Assembly: GCA_951406725.2 (NCBI GenBank)
Contig: OX597817.1
Location: 77,810,001-77,874,000, forward strand
Direction: 5' to 3'
Length of the DNA: 64,000 nucleotides
Source: Octopus vulgaris
Taxonomy: Eukaryota
Part shown: piece by piece, positions 35,863 to 51,614 of the stretch
Numbering within the stretch: position 1 is the stretch's first letter
Layout: each line of letters opens with the position of its first letter
The notes under the pieces: model-generated
Seen by the model: the letters and a program-made list of their open reading frames with translations, nothing else
The model's database searches: none
Told to the model about the DNA's origin: nothing
Position numbers and translations under genes: made by a program

Positions 35863-38309
35863 GGTTAAATGATGTATTTATATCTTATTAGGACCCAATA
35901 CGGTTTGAAACCAATTAAGGCTGTTCATCAGTTCCTAGACAAATAACTAAATTTGCTGTTTTGTAATGTCTTCTATGTAGGTTTACATATGTTATACATC
36001 ATACCATGATATGCTGTGGACTGGCACCTCACTGACAGATCTTTAATACAGGTTTCAAATTTTGGCACGGGTCATGTCGATTATATCAACCCAAGTATTC
36101 AATTGGTACTTATTTTATCAATCCCAATGTTCAACTGGTACTTATTTTATCGACCCCAGTGTTTAACTGGTACTTATTTTATTGACCCCATAAAGATGAA
36201 AGAGAAAGTTGACTTTGGCAGAATTTGAACCAAGAACATAAAGTCCGATAAAATATCACTAAGTATTTTGCCTCGTGTGCTAATGACTCTGCCAGCTCAC
36301 TGTCTATCTCTTATGAAAATAGTGGTTTCAAATTTTGGCACAAGGCCAGTAATTTTGGTGGGAGGGAGCAAGCTGATTACATCAACTCCAGTGCTCAAAC
36401 GGTATTTATTTTACTGACCCCTTGAAAGGATGAAAGGCAAAGTCGACCTTGGTAGAATTTGAACTAAGCATGTAAAGATGGACAAGATGCCGCTAATTAT
36501 TTTGCCCAGCGTGCTAACAATTCTGACAGCTTGCCATCTATCTCTTATAAAAATTAAAATATTGGCTTCAAATTTATCGACTCCAGTGTTCAATGAGTAC
36601 TCCAAAAGGATGAAAGGTAAAGTCGACCTTGGCAGAATTTGAACTCAGAAAGTACACAGACAAAATTTCTGCTAAGCATTTTGCCTGGCATGCTAACAAT
36701 TCTGCCAACTCACTGCCTTCGACAGTGTTAAGTAAACGATAAATGTCGCTTTTCAAGCCTAGCCAGGCTCAAGGGCCCAGTTTCCTGGTTTCTGTGGCAT
36801 ATGTGTTCCCCCCAGCTTGACGGGACGCCAGTCCATCGCAGCTTTACTCAAGAAACAGGAAGAGAGAGAGAAAGTTGTGGCGAAAGAGTACCACAGGGGT
36901 TGCCACCACCCCTGCCGGAGCCTCGTGGAGCTTTTAGGTGTTTTCGCTCAATAAACTCAGAATGACCAGTCTGGGAATTGAAACTGCAATCCTCTGAGCG
37001 TGAGTCCGCTGCTCTAACCACTGGGCCATTGTGCCTCCACAAAGTGTTAAGTACTTACAGGATATAAATTAGTAGCTCCAGTGTTCTGTAGCTACTGGAT
37101 TTTTTATAGCAGAAGACACTTGCCCAGAGTAAGTGCTGTGGGACTGATCTTAAAACCATATGCTTAGGAAGCAAGCTTCTTAACCACACAGCCAGAAGCA
37201 GGAAAAACAAATTAGTCCCCTTGATTGATTACAACACAGAGATCCAAGGTACCAAACTAGTTAGAGGTGTCCTGTTGTCTAAACCACCACTGTTATTTTT
37301 AATATTAAATAACATGGTATAAAATACCAAATTCTTGCTAATTTTTTAATCCAATATAATGCAAAATTTAACCAGAAATGAATATATTTTTAAATAATTC
37401 TGAATTTTATATTTCTTTTTATTTTCTGTTTTACTGAAATAAAATTTTGTATTGGACAACGTATTATTTCTACATTTTAATGAAAAATTAATTAATTAGC
37501 TGATTTCTCACTCTTTCCTCATCTTGTTCTAACTAATCGCTTCAGGAGAAAAAATATACATAAAATAAAAATTAATCTTTACAATATTTATATGGTGCAT
37601 GCAAAGTCAAGTACTAAACAGAACTATCATGTTTTTCTAATTTGAAAAATTTATTTCTGAGATGAATGTAGTTACATTCAGTAAAAAAAAAAAAGAAAAT
37701 AAATAGAGGAAAATGAAAGAAAATGAAGTAAAATAAATTTTTCATTGAATTATAAATTTATGCAATTTAAATGCTAATCACATATTGAATTAATTCCAGT
37801 TTTGTTTATCAAGTAAAAATTATGCAATGGAGTCAAATATTACAAACAATTTCACAAAGGAAAGAATTTCAAAGAAGAAGCAAATGAGCAAAATCAAAAT
37901 GGAGTCCGAAACATAAAAATGAACATATATTTATCTTGTAAACCCATGTAATAAATGGAACTTCTTATTTGGGTATTTGCAGAATCAGCCAATAAGGATA
38001 TATTTTCTGACCTAGAGAATGTCAACAGCTAGCATCATCAGCAGCAGCACTATCATCAACACCCCTCATCAATACCACAAGCGTAATTTTCAAGATGAAA
38101 GCAATAAATTATTCCATGAAGGTTACCAAAAAAGAAAGGGATTGATTAAAAGAGGCAGGAAGGAAATGGGAAAATGTGATTGGTCATGTCTGTTTGAATG
38201 CTGAGGAATTGGTATATAACTGACTGGATATTGCCCCTGGGTATCAACAGGAGTTGCATGAAACGATCGTACTGTGTTACCTCTGGATATCCTTGTTGCT
38301 TATATTTAT

Positions 38310-38436
<127 letters not shown>

Positions 38437-38516
38437 TCCCATAGTATATATATATATATATATATATATGTTTTCCTCGTTGACTGCTTGATATATAAAT
38501 TTTTAGAATGGGTAAC

Positions 38517-38547
<31 letters not shown>

Positions 38548-38563
38548 CAACATATATATAGAA

Positions 38564-38608
<45 letters not shown>

Positions 38609-38618
38609 TATATATATG

Positions 38619-38698
<80 letters not shown>

Positions 38699-39163
38699 GG
38701 AGGGGGTGCCTCAAAGTTCATGGTTTTAAAGATATTGGGAAAAGCCTGGTTGGAGGCCCACCGTTTGAATTCTTTTTAAAGGCCTTACAAAAACTGAAGG
38801 ACTGCTGCAATAAGTGTGTGAATCTGAGAGGGGAATATGTTGAATAAAATCATAATTGACTGCTCCTCCTGTATTTTCTTTTACCCAAAACCAGTAACTT
38901 TTGAAAGCCAAGGACTTTGGGTATATGCTTGTGTGTGGATGTGAGTGTACCATCAACAAAGGTGGTACAAGCACTTTCTCTCACATATGCATGCAAGGGA
39001 ACTTCTAAATCTACTGAGATGGCTTTGGTTGGCCCAAGGCTAAAGTAAATATAGTCTTGTAGAAGGTGTCACACAATAAGATTGAACCTGAAGCCATGCC
39101 TGGGCATTATATACATTATACATACATATATATGTTTCTATATGTATGTGTGTGTATTATATA

Positions 39164-39219
<56 letters not shown>

Positions 39220-39240
39220 TATATATATGTATGTATATAT

Positions 39241-39278
<38 letters not shown>

Positions 39279-40681
39279 CGAAGATGATCTGGTTCTTGAC
39301 TGATGACTGAGAGCTTCGAAAGTCCCGTCTGTGTGTTTTTTTTGTCTTCTCCAAAATGTTTCACGTTCTTGTCCCAGTTTGTGTTTTTTTTAATGTTTAT
39401 ATATATATACATGCATATATATATATAGAGAGAGAGAGAGACAGATAAGCAGATAGATATATCTTTTATCTTTTACTTGTTTCAGTCATTTTACTGCAGC
39501 CATGCTGGGGCAGTGCCGTCAATTATTTTAGTCAAAGACATTGACTCACCCCCATAGTGATTCTTTCTTCTTCTCTCCTTCTCTATCTTTCTGTGTGTGT
39601 GAGTGTGTGTATAAATGCAAACAAACAAATACTTGTTTTTTATAGAAGCGTAAAAATGTGTATTGTATGATATAAATAAGAAGATGATGTCTTTTCTGAA
39701 TGCAGAGTCTTTGAGGGTTCAAGTCTCATGGCTGGCTGTTGGCAAATTTTTCCGCCATGTAAGGATAATTTACCAAGTATTTCTGCAGTTCTAAATGCAA
39801 CTCTGCATTCAGAAAAAACATCAAGACACACACACACACACACACACACATATGCACAGACATATATGCACATATATTTTAAGTAAGACAGTGGATATAC
39901 AGACACATGCAACACAGGAGTTCACTGCCAAGTCAGAAGCGATGAAATAATAACACAGGGAGAGGTAAAGAGAAGGGGAGAAAGAGATAAGGAGAGAATG
40001 AGAAAGAGAGAAAGAAGAGGAGAGGGTGGACAGACATACACAAAATTCATGTTCTTTTTTTTCTTTATTTTTATGCCTTTTATATTACATAATTGCACAC
40101 ATATTTTATCTTTTTCTACTGTAGTCTTTCTCTTTTCTTTTTCTTTTTTTTTTGACTTTTAAACTCTTTTTCTTGAATAATTGGTATATATATTGATAAC
40201 AATGAATTTGAGTAGTTTTTGAGTCACTAGTAAGATAATAGCTGGATAAGAGAAAAACCATTCCACTGCAATACTTATCTAGCAATGATGCTAAAAGACT
40301 TCGAAACCTGAAGAGAAGCACACTTTAGAATGAGATCAAGTAATGAAAGAATCTGACATGAAAAGTTGAAAAGTCTGCTAATAGGGTGAGTGATCTACTT
40401 CATACGATCTCTCTCGCTCACTCTCTGTCTTTCTCCATCTCTCTCTCTTTCCTTCTCTATCTTCATTTCTCACTCTCTCTATTTCTGTCTCTTTTTCTTT
40501 TTCTTACAGTGTGTTTTGTCTATTGTTAAGTGTGTTATTGTATAGACCTATGCATATATACATACTTACTTATATGCATATATATGTTTGTATATATATT
40601 TATATGTATTTTTATATAAGTGTTCCATGTGTATATATTTGTATGTACATTTATGCATAGCCAAGTATATGTGTGTGCCTG

Positions 40682-40729
<48 letters not shown>

Positions 40730-40762
40730 CAACTACACATATATACATACACACACACACAC

Positions 40763-40795
<33 letters not shown>

Positions 40796-42078
40796 CATAC
40801 ATATATATATACATATATATATACATATATATGTATATATGTATATGCATATATATATATATATATTTATATATGCATATATATATGCATATATATGTAT
40901 GCATATATATATACACACACACACAAATATGTATGCAAGTATATGTACATATGTACGTTTATATATATATATTATATATATGCAAGTGTACATACATAGA
41001 GAGCAAGTAATTTGGTGGCGTTTACATTTACTTATAAGGAAATAATTGTTTTTAATTTCGCCTGATTTTGTATAATCTCTATCTATTTATCTGCCTACCT
41101 ATTTATCTATCTACTTTCCTATATACCTATCTACCTACTTATCAACCTACCTACCTACCTACCTACCTACCTACTTGCCTACCTACCTATCTTTCTACTT
41201 ACCTATCTCCTCATTATGGTTGTCTTCTTCCTTCCTATATCACATCTCCAATCCTTTACCGTTCATCTAATCCCTCGCCTCTTTGAAGTTTTAAACCTCA
41301 CATTTGAAACAATGAAACAACACAAAGTGCCAAATGATCCATGAAATTAGATAGAATGGGGGAAGGTGGGGGAAGGAGTTAAGTTAGCAGAAAAAATGGA
41401 GTGTGTGTGTGTGTGTGAGAATGAGAAAAGAAAGAGGGAGAGTCATGTAAGGAATGAGAATAGCTAGGTACCTAAATGAATATGTCATCTCTCTGTCTAT
41501 CAATGGGTCTGCCTGCTTGTCTATCAACCTATCTCTCTCTCTCCCTCTCTGTCTCTCTATTTATGTATCTGTACATCCTTATATTCATTCATCTACATCT
41601 GATTATCTAACAATCTATTTTTGGTCTATCTATCTATCTATCTGTCTGTCTATCGGTCTGTTTGTCTTGCTATCTATCCAACCACCCATCCGTCCATCCA
41701 TCCATCTATCTATCTGTCTGGCCACCCATACATCCATCCATCTGGCCATCCATCCGTCCATCCATCCATCCATCCATCTATCTAATGTTTTACATTGACA
41801 TTTCTGTGATACACGATCCCTGTTGATAGGCCCTACTTTTTTTTCACAATCCCTTTTGATTGGAATTCACCCCCACCTTTTTTTTCCTTCCCAAAAAGAA
41901 AAGCTCTACTTTGTATTTTGTCCCTTCTGTTTTCAGCCCTGCATGGCCAATAAAGAAATCTATCTGTCTATCCATCTATCTATCTATCTATATCTATCTA
42001 TCTATCTATCTATCTGTCTGTCTGTCTGTCTGTCTGTCTGCCTGCTTGCCTGCCTGCCTGCCTGCCTGCCTGTCTCTG

Positions 42079-42126
<48 letters not shown>

Positions 42127-43015
42127 CCCATCCTATCTTTATGGCCAATAAAACAGTTGAAATTGCGAAGTTTGCAACTATTATGTTTGCAATTGAGTTT
42201 ATAAATCACATTATTTGCTAGCAATTTGTTGTCATGTTTACAAGCTTCAAGGTTGTTATCAATGTGAAGGCTAATTTTTGTGTTTATAGTTTATTATTTG
42301 TTAGATTTATGGTTTGTCATAATGCATTTCGCATTCTGCTTTACAGGGTTTTAATAATGTGTTCAACTATTCAATGGCAAGTGTACATTTGTTATATATA
42401 ACACTATATACATATTTTTCATTTTAGTAGTATCTGGTGTAATATTTGGGTTTCGGTTGTGTCTCTATTGTTTTTTGCTTGATTACACATTGTCGGCTAG
42501 AATTTGTTTGATTTTGTAGATTTTTTATCTAGTACTTTGTTTGTTGGTGAGTATCTAAGGGTTCTTTTAAGCAGAGATGTTTCCATAGGCATTTTCAACA
42601 GGATCATCATCATCATCGTCATCATCATCATCATCATCATCGTTTAACGTCAGCTTTCCATGCTTGCACGAGTTGGACAGTTTGACGTGGGGCTGACAAG
42701 CTGGGAGTTGTCTCCAATTGTCTGTTGTGGCATGGTTTCTTTGGCTGGATGCCCTTCCTAATGCCAACCACTTAATAGAGTGTGTTAGGTGCTTTGCAGC
42801 AAAAAGACCCCCTCAGATTTACCATTTCTGATAAAAATTTCATAGGTGCAGAAATGGCAGTGTGGTAAGAAGCTTGCTTCCCAACCACATGGTTCTGGGT
42901 TCAGTCCCACTGCATGGCATCTTGGGCAAGTATCTTCTGCTATAGCCTCAGGCTGACTAAAGCCTTTTAAGTGGATTTGGTAGATGGAAACTGAAAGAAG
43001 CCTGTCGTATATATA

Positions 43016-44277
43016 CAGGGGTTGGACAAAATAATGGAAACACCTTAAAATTTCAAACAAATTTGTTTTAATATGGGGTAGGACCTCCTTTGGCAGTAAT
43101 TACAGCTTGAATTCTACGAGGTTTGGACTCGTACAAAGTTTGAATTGTTTCCAAAGGAATTTTTGTCCATTCTTCAGCTAAAACAGTCTCCAGTTCTTAT
43201 AGTGATGATGGTGGAGGATATAGACTCCTTATTGTTCTTGTAAAATGCACCATAAATGTCCAATAATATTGAGATCTGGTGACTGTGGTGGCCAAATAAG
43301 ATGTTCAACTTCATTAGAATATTCCTCGTGCCATTCCATAACAACTTTATCTGTGTGAATTGGGGTGTTATCATCCTGAAAGATTGCATTTCCCTCTGGA
43401 AACAGTTCTGCAAACATAGGATGAATTTGATCAGATAAAATGCATAAGTAGTTTTGACTGTTAATTCTGCCATGGAGAGAAACCATCGGGTCAGCAGATT
43501 TCCAAGATATAGCCCCCACCCCAGATCCTCCTCCATGTTTAACAGTTGGAAGAAGGCAGTCTAGGTCAAATGCTTCTTTTGGCTGTCTCCACACATATAC
43601 TTGGCTGGTCATCAGAAATAAGGAAAAGGATGACTTGTTCGAGAAAATAACATTCTTTCACTGCTCTAGGAACCAATTCTGTAGGTTTTTACTCCACTCT
43701 AAACACTTTCCAACATTTGTTTTTGAAAGCAGTGGTTTTCTGATTGCAGCCCTCCTATAAAATCTGGCTTTGTGCAGCTCCCGGTGAACTGTTTTTGGGA
43801 AACTATGTTCTTGAGATGGTCATTAAGCTCTTCAGTAATTTTGGGAGCTGTACTTTTGTGATCCTTTCTAACAATTTGTGTAAGGGTCTGACAGTCCCTA
43901 TCTGAAAGTTTTGCTTTTCATCTGGAGTTTTGTTTCAACGGGGAGGTTTTTTTCTCTTTCTCAAAGGCTGTCATTACTTTTTAGACAGTACTTCTTGATA
44001 CACCAAACGTTTCAGCTGTTTTCATTACACTAGCACCTGCCATACAAGCACCAACAATTTGGCCTCTTTGAAAGTTCGATTTATCTGTCATTTTAATGAA
44101 TTTTAATTAACTTTTCCTGATGATATCTGAAAAGAAACTGCAACTTTAGCAAAACATATTAAGCAACACTAATAATATATAAAAAAAACATAAAAACAAA
44201 CAAGCTTTTGACAGTTTTATAGATATTTCAAAATTATGATGCTATGATGCTAGTTGTTTCCATTATTTTGTCCAACC

Positions 44278-44281
<4 letters not shown>
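43016..44281 (-). mobile_element. Full-length (~1.27 kb) decayed Tc1 DNA transposon inserted in the (TA)n of a SINE A copy
   Basis: TIRs caggggttggacaaaataatggaaac / gtttccattattttgtccaacccatg, with TA on the left. Transposase starts at ATG 44091: MTDKSNFQRGQIVGA..GASVMKTAETFGVSRSTV, PTVKHGGGS, FQDDNTPIH, WPPQSPDLNIIGHLW; stops and frameshifts present. Confidence 0.92.
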
Positions 44282-44358
<77 letters not shown>

Positions 44359-44604
44359 CTGTGTTTGACCATCACTTGACAACCAATATTGGTGTGTTTA
44401 AGTCCCTGTAAGTTAGTAGATCAGCGAAAGAGATTGATAGACTAAGTACTAGGCTTACTAAGAATAAACCCTAGAGGTCGATTTTTTTGACTAAAGGCAG
44501 AGCTCCAGTATGGCTGCAATAAAAAAAATGTAAATGCATATTATGCAGTGGTTCAAACCCTGAAGTACCGTTTGTAACTGAAAAAAAAAAGAAGAAAATT
44601 AAAT

Positions 44605-44953
44605 AAGAGCACGCAGAGAGCACAAACCTCTGCCAAGGCCACACCAACGTCCTCTCAATGATTAGCTGGAGATGATTATTAAAATGAGAATATCTGAAAT
44701 AAACTTGACAGCTCTCACAAACGAGAATACTAAAACTGAACCTGATCACTCTCAAAAATTAAGTAAAAAAAATAGAAAAAATTAATCCAGAATCTTTGTC
44801 CAGTACTGGATCGATCCCAAAATCAAAATCAGTTCATGCCAGTCATGAGGTCAAACATCTGAATCCATCCAACTGTTCTTGAGATATCTTGTTCATAGAC
44901 AAACAAACATGACTGAAAACAATACCTCTGCCTTCATTAAGGCGGAAGTAATA
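44605..44953 (-). mobile_element. HINE-like element, second copy
   Basis: Reverse-complement homolog of 2755-3040. Confidence 0.6.
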
Positions 44954-46453
44954 AACAATAAAATAACAACCTGAAGACATCCTATACATTAACATAACTT
45001 TACTAACACCATGCCAATGGCTGTATAAAATACAGGAAGTTTTGCTGTTGCATCTTATATTTGTATTAGCATTCTTTATTTCTATTCACGTATATGAATT
45101 TGTTTGTGTCTTTGCTATCAATGAATGGGAAGATATTTGTTATTTTCTTTATAAATGTTTATGTCTAGAAATGGTGTCGTTATATAGCTAGGAGATTCCT
45201 TTTTATTGTTTTGAATGTTGAATTTTAATGCATAGTTATTTTCTTCAAATTTTCTTAATTTCACAATGTCTTTTGGTGTATCTATTATGAATGACTGTGG
45301 AGGTGCAATGGCCCAGTGGTTAGGGCAGCAGACTCGCAGTCGGAGGATTGCGGTTCAATTCCAGACTAAAACCCCACAAGGCTCCGGCAGGGGGTGTGGC
45401 GACCCCTGTTGTACTCTTTCACCCCAACTTTCTCTCACTCTTTCTTCCTGTTTCTTGGGTAATGCTGCGATGGACTGGCATCCCGTCCAGCTGGGGGAAC
45501 CATAGAAACCAGGAAACCAGGCCCATGAGCCTGGCTAGGCTTGAAAAAGGTGCATGAAAAAAAAAAATTATGAATGACTACATCGTCCACATACTTGAGA
45601 TATTATATAATCTGTGTTTGTGTTAGTTACACTTTTGCTTTCTATTGTGGCCATGTAGGATGCCACCAGTGTGGGCTTTAAGGGGCATCCTTTGGGCTAT
45701 CAACATTTTTGCTTATATAATTTGCTTCATCATCATCATCATCATCATTTAACATCCGTTTTTCATGCTAGCATGGGTTGGACAGTTTGACTGGAAGCTA
45801 GTAAGCTGGGGAACTGCACTAGGTTCCAGGCTGATCTGGCATGATTTCTGTAGCTGGATATCCTTCCTATTGTCAACCACTCCAAGAGTGTAGTTGGTGC
45901 TTTTTACATGGCACTGGTATGGGTGGCAGTTATGAATCACCGGCATCAGCTTGGTAGTATATTGCCAAAGGTCTTGTTCACATGTCACTGCCTCCATGAG
46001 ACCTAAAATTCAATGGGTGCTTTTTATGTACCAGTTATACGACACTGGCATTGGCCACAACTAAGGTTTTCACTTGGCTTGGCGGGTCTTCTCAAGCATG
46101 ACATATCACCCAGTGTTTGAAGGGTACTTTTTAAGTACCACTGACATTGGTGCCAGCAGCCGCGATGTGTTGTAAAAATATATTCTCTTGTTCAATGTTC
46201 TTTACTCTCTCTTTTTTCTCTTTTACTTGTTTCAGTCATTTTACTGTGGCCATGCTGGAGCACCGCCTTTAGTCAAGCAAATCGACCCCAGGACTTATTT
46301 TTTGTAAGCCTAGTACTTATTCTATTGGTATCTTTTGCCGAACCACTAAGTTACGGGGATGTAAACACACCAGCATCGGTTGTTAAGCGATGTTGGTGGG
46401 GACAAACACAGACACACAAATGTATACACACACACACATACATACATACATAT

Positions 46454-46492
<39 letters not shown>

Positions 46493-47109
46493 TACGATGG
46501 GCTTCTTTCAGTTTCCGTCTACCAAATCCGCTCACAAGGCTATAGTAGAATACACTTGCCCAAGGTGCCACAAAGTGGGACTGAACCTGGAACAATGTGG
46601 TTCACAAGCAACTACTTACCACACAGCCACTCCTACGCCTATAATAATTTCTTCAGTATATTCTTTTCTACTCAAAGCACAAGGCTATAAATTTTGGGGG
46701 AGGGGGAGGGGTCAGTTGATTAGATCAACCCCAGTATGCAACAGTTACTTAATTTATTGACCTCAAAGGATGAAAAGCAAAGTCGACCATGGCAGAATTT
46801 GAACTCAGAGTATAAAAACAGACGAAATACTGCTATGCATTTTGCCTGGTATGCTAACATTTCTGCTAGTTCACTGCCTTGCTGAAATGTAATATATTCT
46901 TTTCTGTTCTAGGCACAAGGCCCGAAATTTTTGGGGAAGGGGGCAGTCAATTGGATCGACCCCATTATGCAACTAGCACTTAATTTGTCAACCCCAAAAG
47001 GATGAAAGGCAAAGTTGACCTCAGCGGAATTTGAACTCAGAACATAGCGACAGGTGAACTAGCGCTAAGCATTTTGCCTGGCGTGCTAATGTTTCTGCCA
47101 ACTCACTGC

Positions 47110-47300
47110 CTTATTTCTTCAATATATTAACTGGAATTTTGAATTGTTTATTTCTGGTTATTCATGTACCTGAAGTAATATGATTTATAATTGTTTCTGC
47201 CATTGGAACATTGGTAAACAGACTTTCTACGTCTATTATGGAAATGTTGCATTCTCCTTTATTAATTTCTTCTTACTGATGTCATAATCACAGAAGCAAC
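47110..47300 (-). mobile_element. Penelope-like reverse transcriptase fragment
   Basis: The minus strand reads ISIIDVESLFTNVPMAETI, the PLE RT motif DVxSLFTNVP. Confidence 0.7.
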
Positions 47301-48066
47301 ACATTAAAACATCATACAAAAAGATTAGGATTCTGTTTGAAGGTGGGCGTTATGAGTGTATGTGCATGTGTGTTTGTGTTTTTGTGGACAGGTGTTGTGG
47401 GAAAGGATTCCTTTATTTGTAATGGAGGAGCTATATTTCTGCTGTAGTTTTTGAAAAGTATCTTTGTCCCTGTTCTTTCTAGAGTTGCTTCTGTTCTTGC
47501 TGCTGTTGTTAGATGTGCTGCTTCTGTAGTTATAGCATCAGAATCATTGATGGCTGCTTCTCTTTTTCAGCCTTTGCTTTTAGTGAAAAGTCATTAGGGG
47601 GTTCATGACACCACATATATAGTACATGGCCCTTTATTTCTCTCAACTGTCACTCACAACTGAGTACCATTTGGCATCTCAGTCAAATCAAGGTTAGTTC
47701 TGAGACATTATTGATTCATTTAGATCAAGAGTTTTGTGCCTATCTTCAGCCAATTTCTCCTTTCGTACCTCAAGGATGGCTCTTTCATCTACCTCAACCA
47801 AAACAACTACCACCAGGCAACAGATACTCTTTTACTCTTTTACTTGTTTCAGTCATTTGACTGTGGCCATGCTGTGGCACCACTTTTAGTCAAGCAAATC
47901 AACCCCAGGACTTATTCTTTGTAAGCCTAGTACATATTCTATCAGTCTCTTTTGCCGAACTGCTAAGTTACAGGGACTTAAACACACCAACATCGGTTGT
48001 CAAGCGATGTTGTGAGGGAGAAACCCAGACACACAAACACATATATACATATATATATATATATAT

Positions 48067-48619
<553 letters not shown>

Positions 48620-49105
48620 GATGGGCTTCTTTCAGTTTCCGTCTACCAAATCCACTCACAAGGCTTTGGTTGACCTGAGGCTATAGTAGAAGATACTTGC
48701 CCAAGGTGCCACACAGTGGGACTGAACCCCAAACTATGTGGTTGGTAAGCAAGCTACTTACCACACACCCACTACAACACACTCATTTTCTCCAGCATTA
48801 CACAGTGGAATTAAATGATGAAAGTATTTCATAAATACATCTCAAGGCCAGCAATTTTAATGAGTATGGATTAATTGGAAACACCGACCCCAGTAGTCCA
48901 ACTGGTACTTATTTCATTAAACTGAAAGGTTGAAAGGCTTGAAAGGCTACACAGCATTTTGTCTGGCGTGCTAATAATTCTGTTTGCTTACTGCCTTGTT
49001 ACTGCTGCTGCTACTACTACAACAACTGCTGCTGCTGCTGATGATGATGATGGCAACAACGACGACAATGATGATGATGACGACTTCAACAAAGACAATG
49101 ATGAT

Positions 49106-49136
<31 letters not shown>

Positions 49137-49837
49137 GTAATGATGATGATGATGATGATGATGAAGACAATAATAATAATAATAATGATAAAGTAGTATG
49201 ATGATGATGACGATGACAATTATAATAACAACGATGATGATGATGATGATGATGATAATGATAATAATAATAATAAATGCCCTGATGCAATATCAGACAG
49301 TGGCTCTTGTAGATTCTGATCTTAACTGATTGGAAGTGTTATCATGTACATTGTTTTGTCTTGGTATAAAAGATGGGCTACAGCAAATATTCTGCTCAAT
49401 ACCACAGATTTGCTTGTCAGTTGTTTGACCATGACCAATTGAGCATGTCCCTTGGTGGCTGACGATATGTGAATGTCTGATCACTAGAAGAAGTAGTCGG
49501 AGAGCATCATAGCCATGTGTTGAGGAGAATTCTTTTGGGGTTTGGATAATTCACCTCACCTCTGGAAACATGGGTGTTTCATTCAACATCCTTAAACAAA
49601 CCTTATTCAGGGACTTTTGAGTGGGATGGGCTGCTCAACCAGAAGAAAATTCTAACTAGGCCCCAGCTGCAAGGTCATGTGCTGTTTATCTTGATACGAG
49701 ACCACCATGTCGCGCACATATGGTTGTGATGCATGTGCCTGGTGTACCCTTATAAGACAAGTAGTCATGATGTGTATACTGGGCTTCAAATATTTTACCC
49801 CAGTGTCACTTTGTTGGCATGCACTGCTCTCTCATTC

Positions 49838-49872
<35 letters not shown>

Positions 49873-50085
49873 TGATAACATAGATATATATACAATAGGT
49901 TTCTTTCAGTTACCAACTACAAAATCCACTCATAAGACTTTGGTTGGTCGGAAACTATAGTAGAATTCATTTATTCAAAGTACCACAGAGTGGGACTGAA
50001 CCCAGAACCATGTGGTTGGGAAGCAAGCTTCTTACCACACAGTCATGTTAGCACCCTTTTTCAGTATATCCGAAGTAAATTTAAT

Positions 50086-50530
50086 ATAGGTCATTGTTGA
50101 CTTATGACCACAATTGGTTCAGACTGACTGGGCATAAGTCGACCTATAGGTCTTTATAGTTTGTTTTATATTTTTACATTCTTAAAGTACATTCTCAGGC
50201 AAAAGTCACACACAGCATTCTGTATTATACTATCATACTGGCGTTAGTAAAAACTTTTGGAGATTCAAGCAGTCATCTTATAAACAAATACGAGGTTGCT
50301 TTGATGTTTCCACGACAGGATAGTCATCCAACACAGTGGAAATCGATAACCAAACTTAGGAGAAGTGTTTGTTTGCTGACATCATCCATAGATGGGTTAA
50401 TTTCTAAAAAAATTAAACCCATTAGATTTCAACTGGACTATCTATTATTGATCCCTGTAGAAGGTGTGCCAATTGTCGTAAAGTCGATTGGTTGTAAGTC
50501 GGGTAGGTTGTAAATCAACGACAACCTGTA
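50086..50530. mobile_element. pogo/Tigger-like MITE
   Basis: TIRs tataggtcattgttgacttatgacc / ggttgtaaatcaacgacaacctgta with TA ends. Confidence 0.6.
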
Positions 50531-50588
50531 ATTATATTTACAAAAATTTTTCACTTAACACCATTTCTTAACTCATGCAAAATATACT

Positions 50589-50619
<31 letters not shown>

Positions 50620-51465
50620 CTATATACATACACACATATATGTATATGTGTGTATATATGTATGGATGTATACATGTATTTTTAGACGTATTTATGCATG
50701 TCTAAAAAAAGATACAAATGTGTGTATAGTTTTGTGCATATGTGTGTGTGTGTTTATGTGTGCATGCATCTGTGTTTATCTATTTATAACCAAATCTTGT
50801 CGGTGTCATATCAACCCCAAAAAAAAGTCTGCAGTAAATTAACAGCACAACTAAATGGATTTCCAATCACCACCACCGACAACAATGGCACCGCCTTCTC
50901 CATCATCCCCAGTGCCCTTACTCTCACCCCGAATCTCTTTCCATTCCTCTTCTTTCCAAACCTTTATCAACACCCTATAATCCCCTCCCCACATATTGGC
51001 ATACATACCTCGCCACACTTTTTCCTTAATTTTCTTTGTTCTTTCGTTAATTAGCATTAGCTTATCAATTTCATAAATGACATATCTGTCTTCATATTAC
51101 TCCATCTCTTCTGCAGACTTCTCTTACCCCACCTCGTTCCCACTTCATTTGCTCTTCTTCAATTTCTTATTTTCCTACCTCTTATCCTTTTCCATCTCAC
51201 TTTTCTTCCTTATGTTGTTGCTGCTGTTGCTTTTTTTTTTTCAAGTAACTTTCGTCTGCACCTTTCTTCTTCTTCTTCTTCTTCTTCTTCTTCTTTCTCC
51301 TCCCCCTCCTCCTCGTTGCTGTTATCACCACTACTGCCATCATCATCATCATTATTCATATTAATACCATTATTGTATCATCATCATCATCATCATCATC
51401 ACCACCACCACCACCTTTATCCTCATGATCCTCGTTGTCTTCATTGTTGTTGTCATTAACATTGT

Positions 51466-51519
<54 letters not shown>

Positions 51520-51536
51520 CACCACTACTACCACTA

Positions 51537-51567
<31 letters not shown>

Positions 51568-51614
51568 CTATTATTATTATCATTATTATTATTGTTGTTG
51601 TTGTTATTTCATGA

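Noticed and set aside
35890-35940. Hammerhead-like CTGATGAA (minus); also CTGAAGA at ~18046 and CTGAGGA at ~22914
   Set aside because: The GAAA core and/or stem III are missing, so they are too degenerate to call.
36085-36190. Three ~30-bp tandem units (cccagtgttcaactggtacttattttatcga)
   Set aside because: A local slippage duplication within an ordinary SINE B copy.
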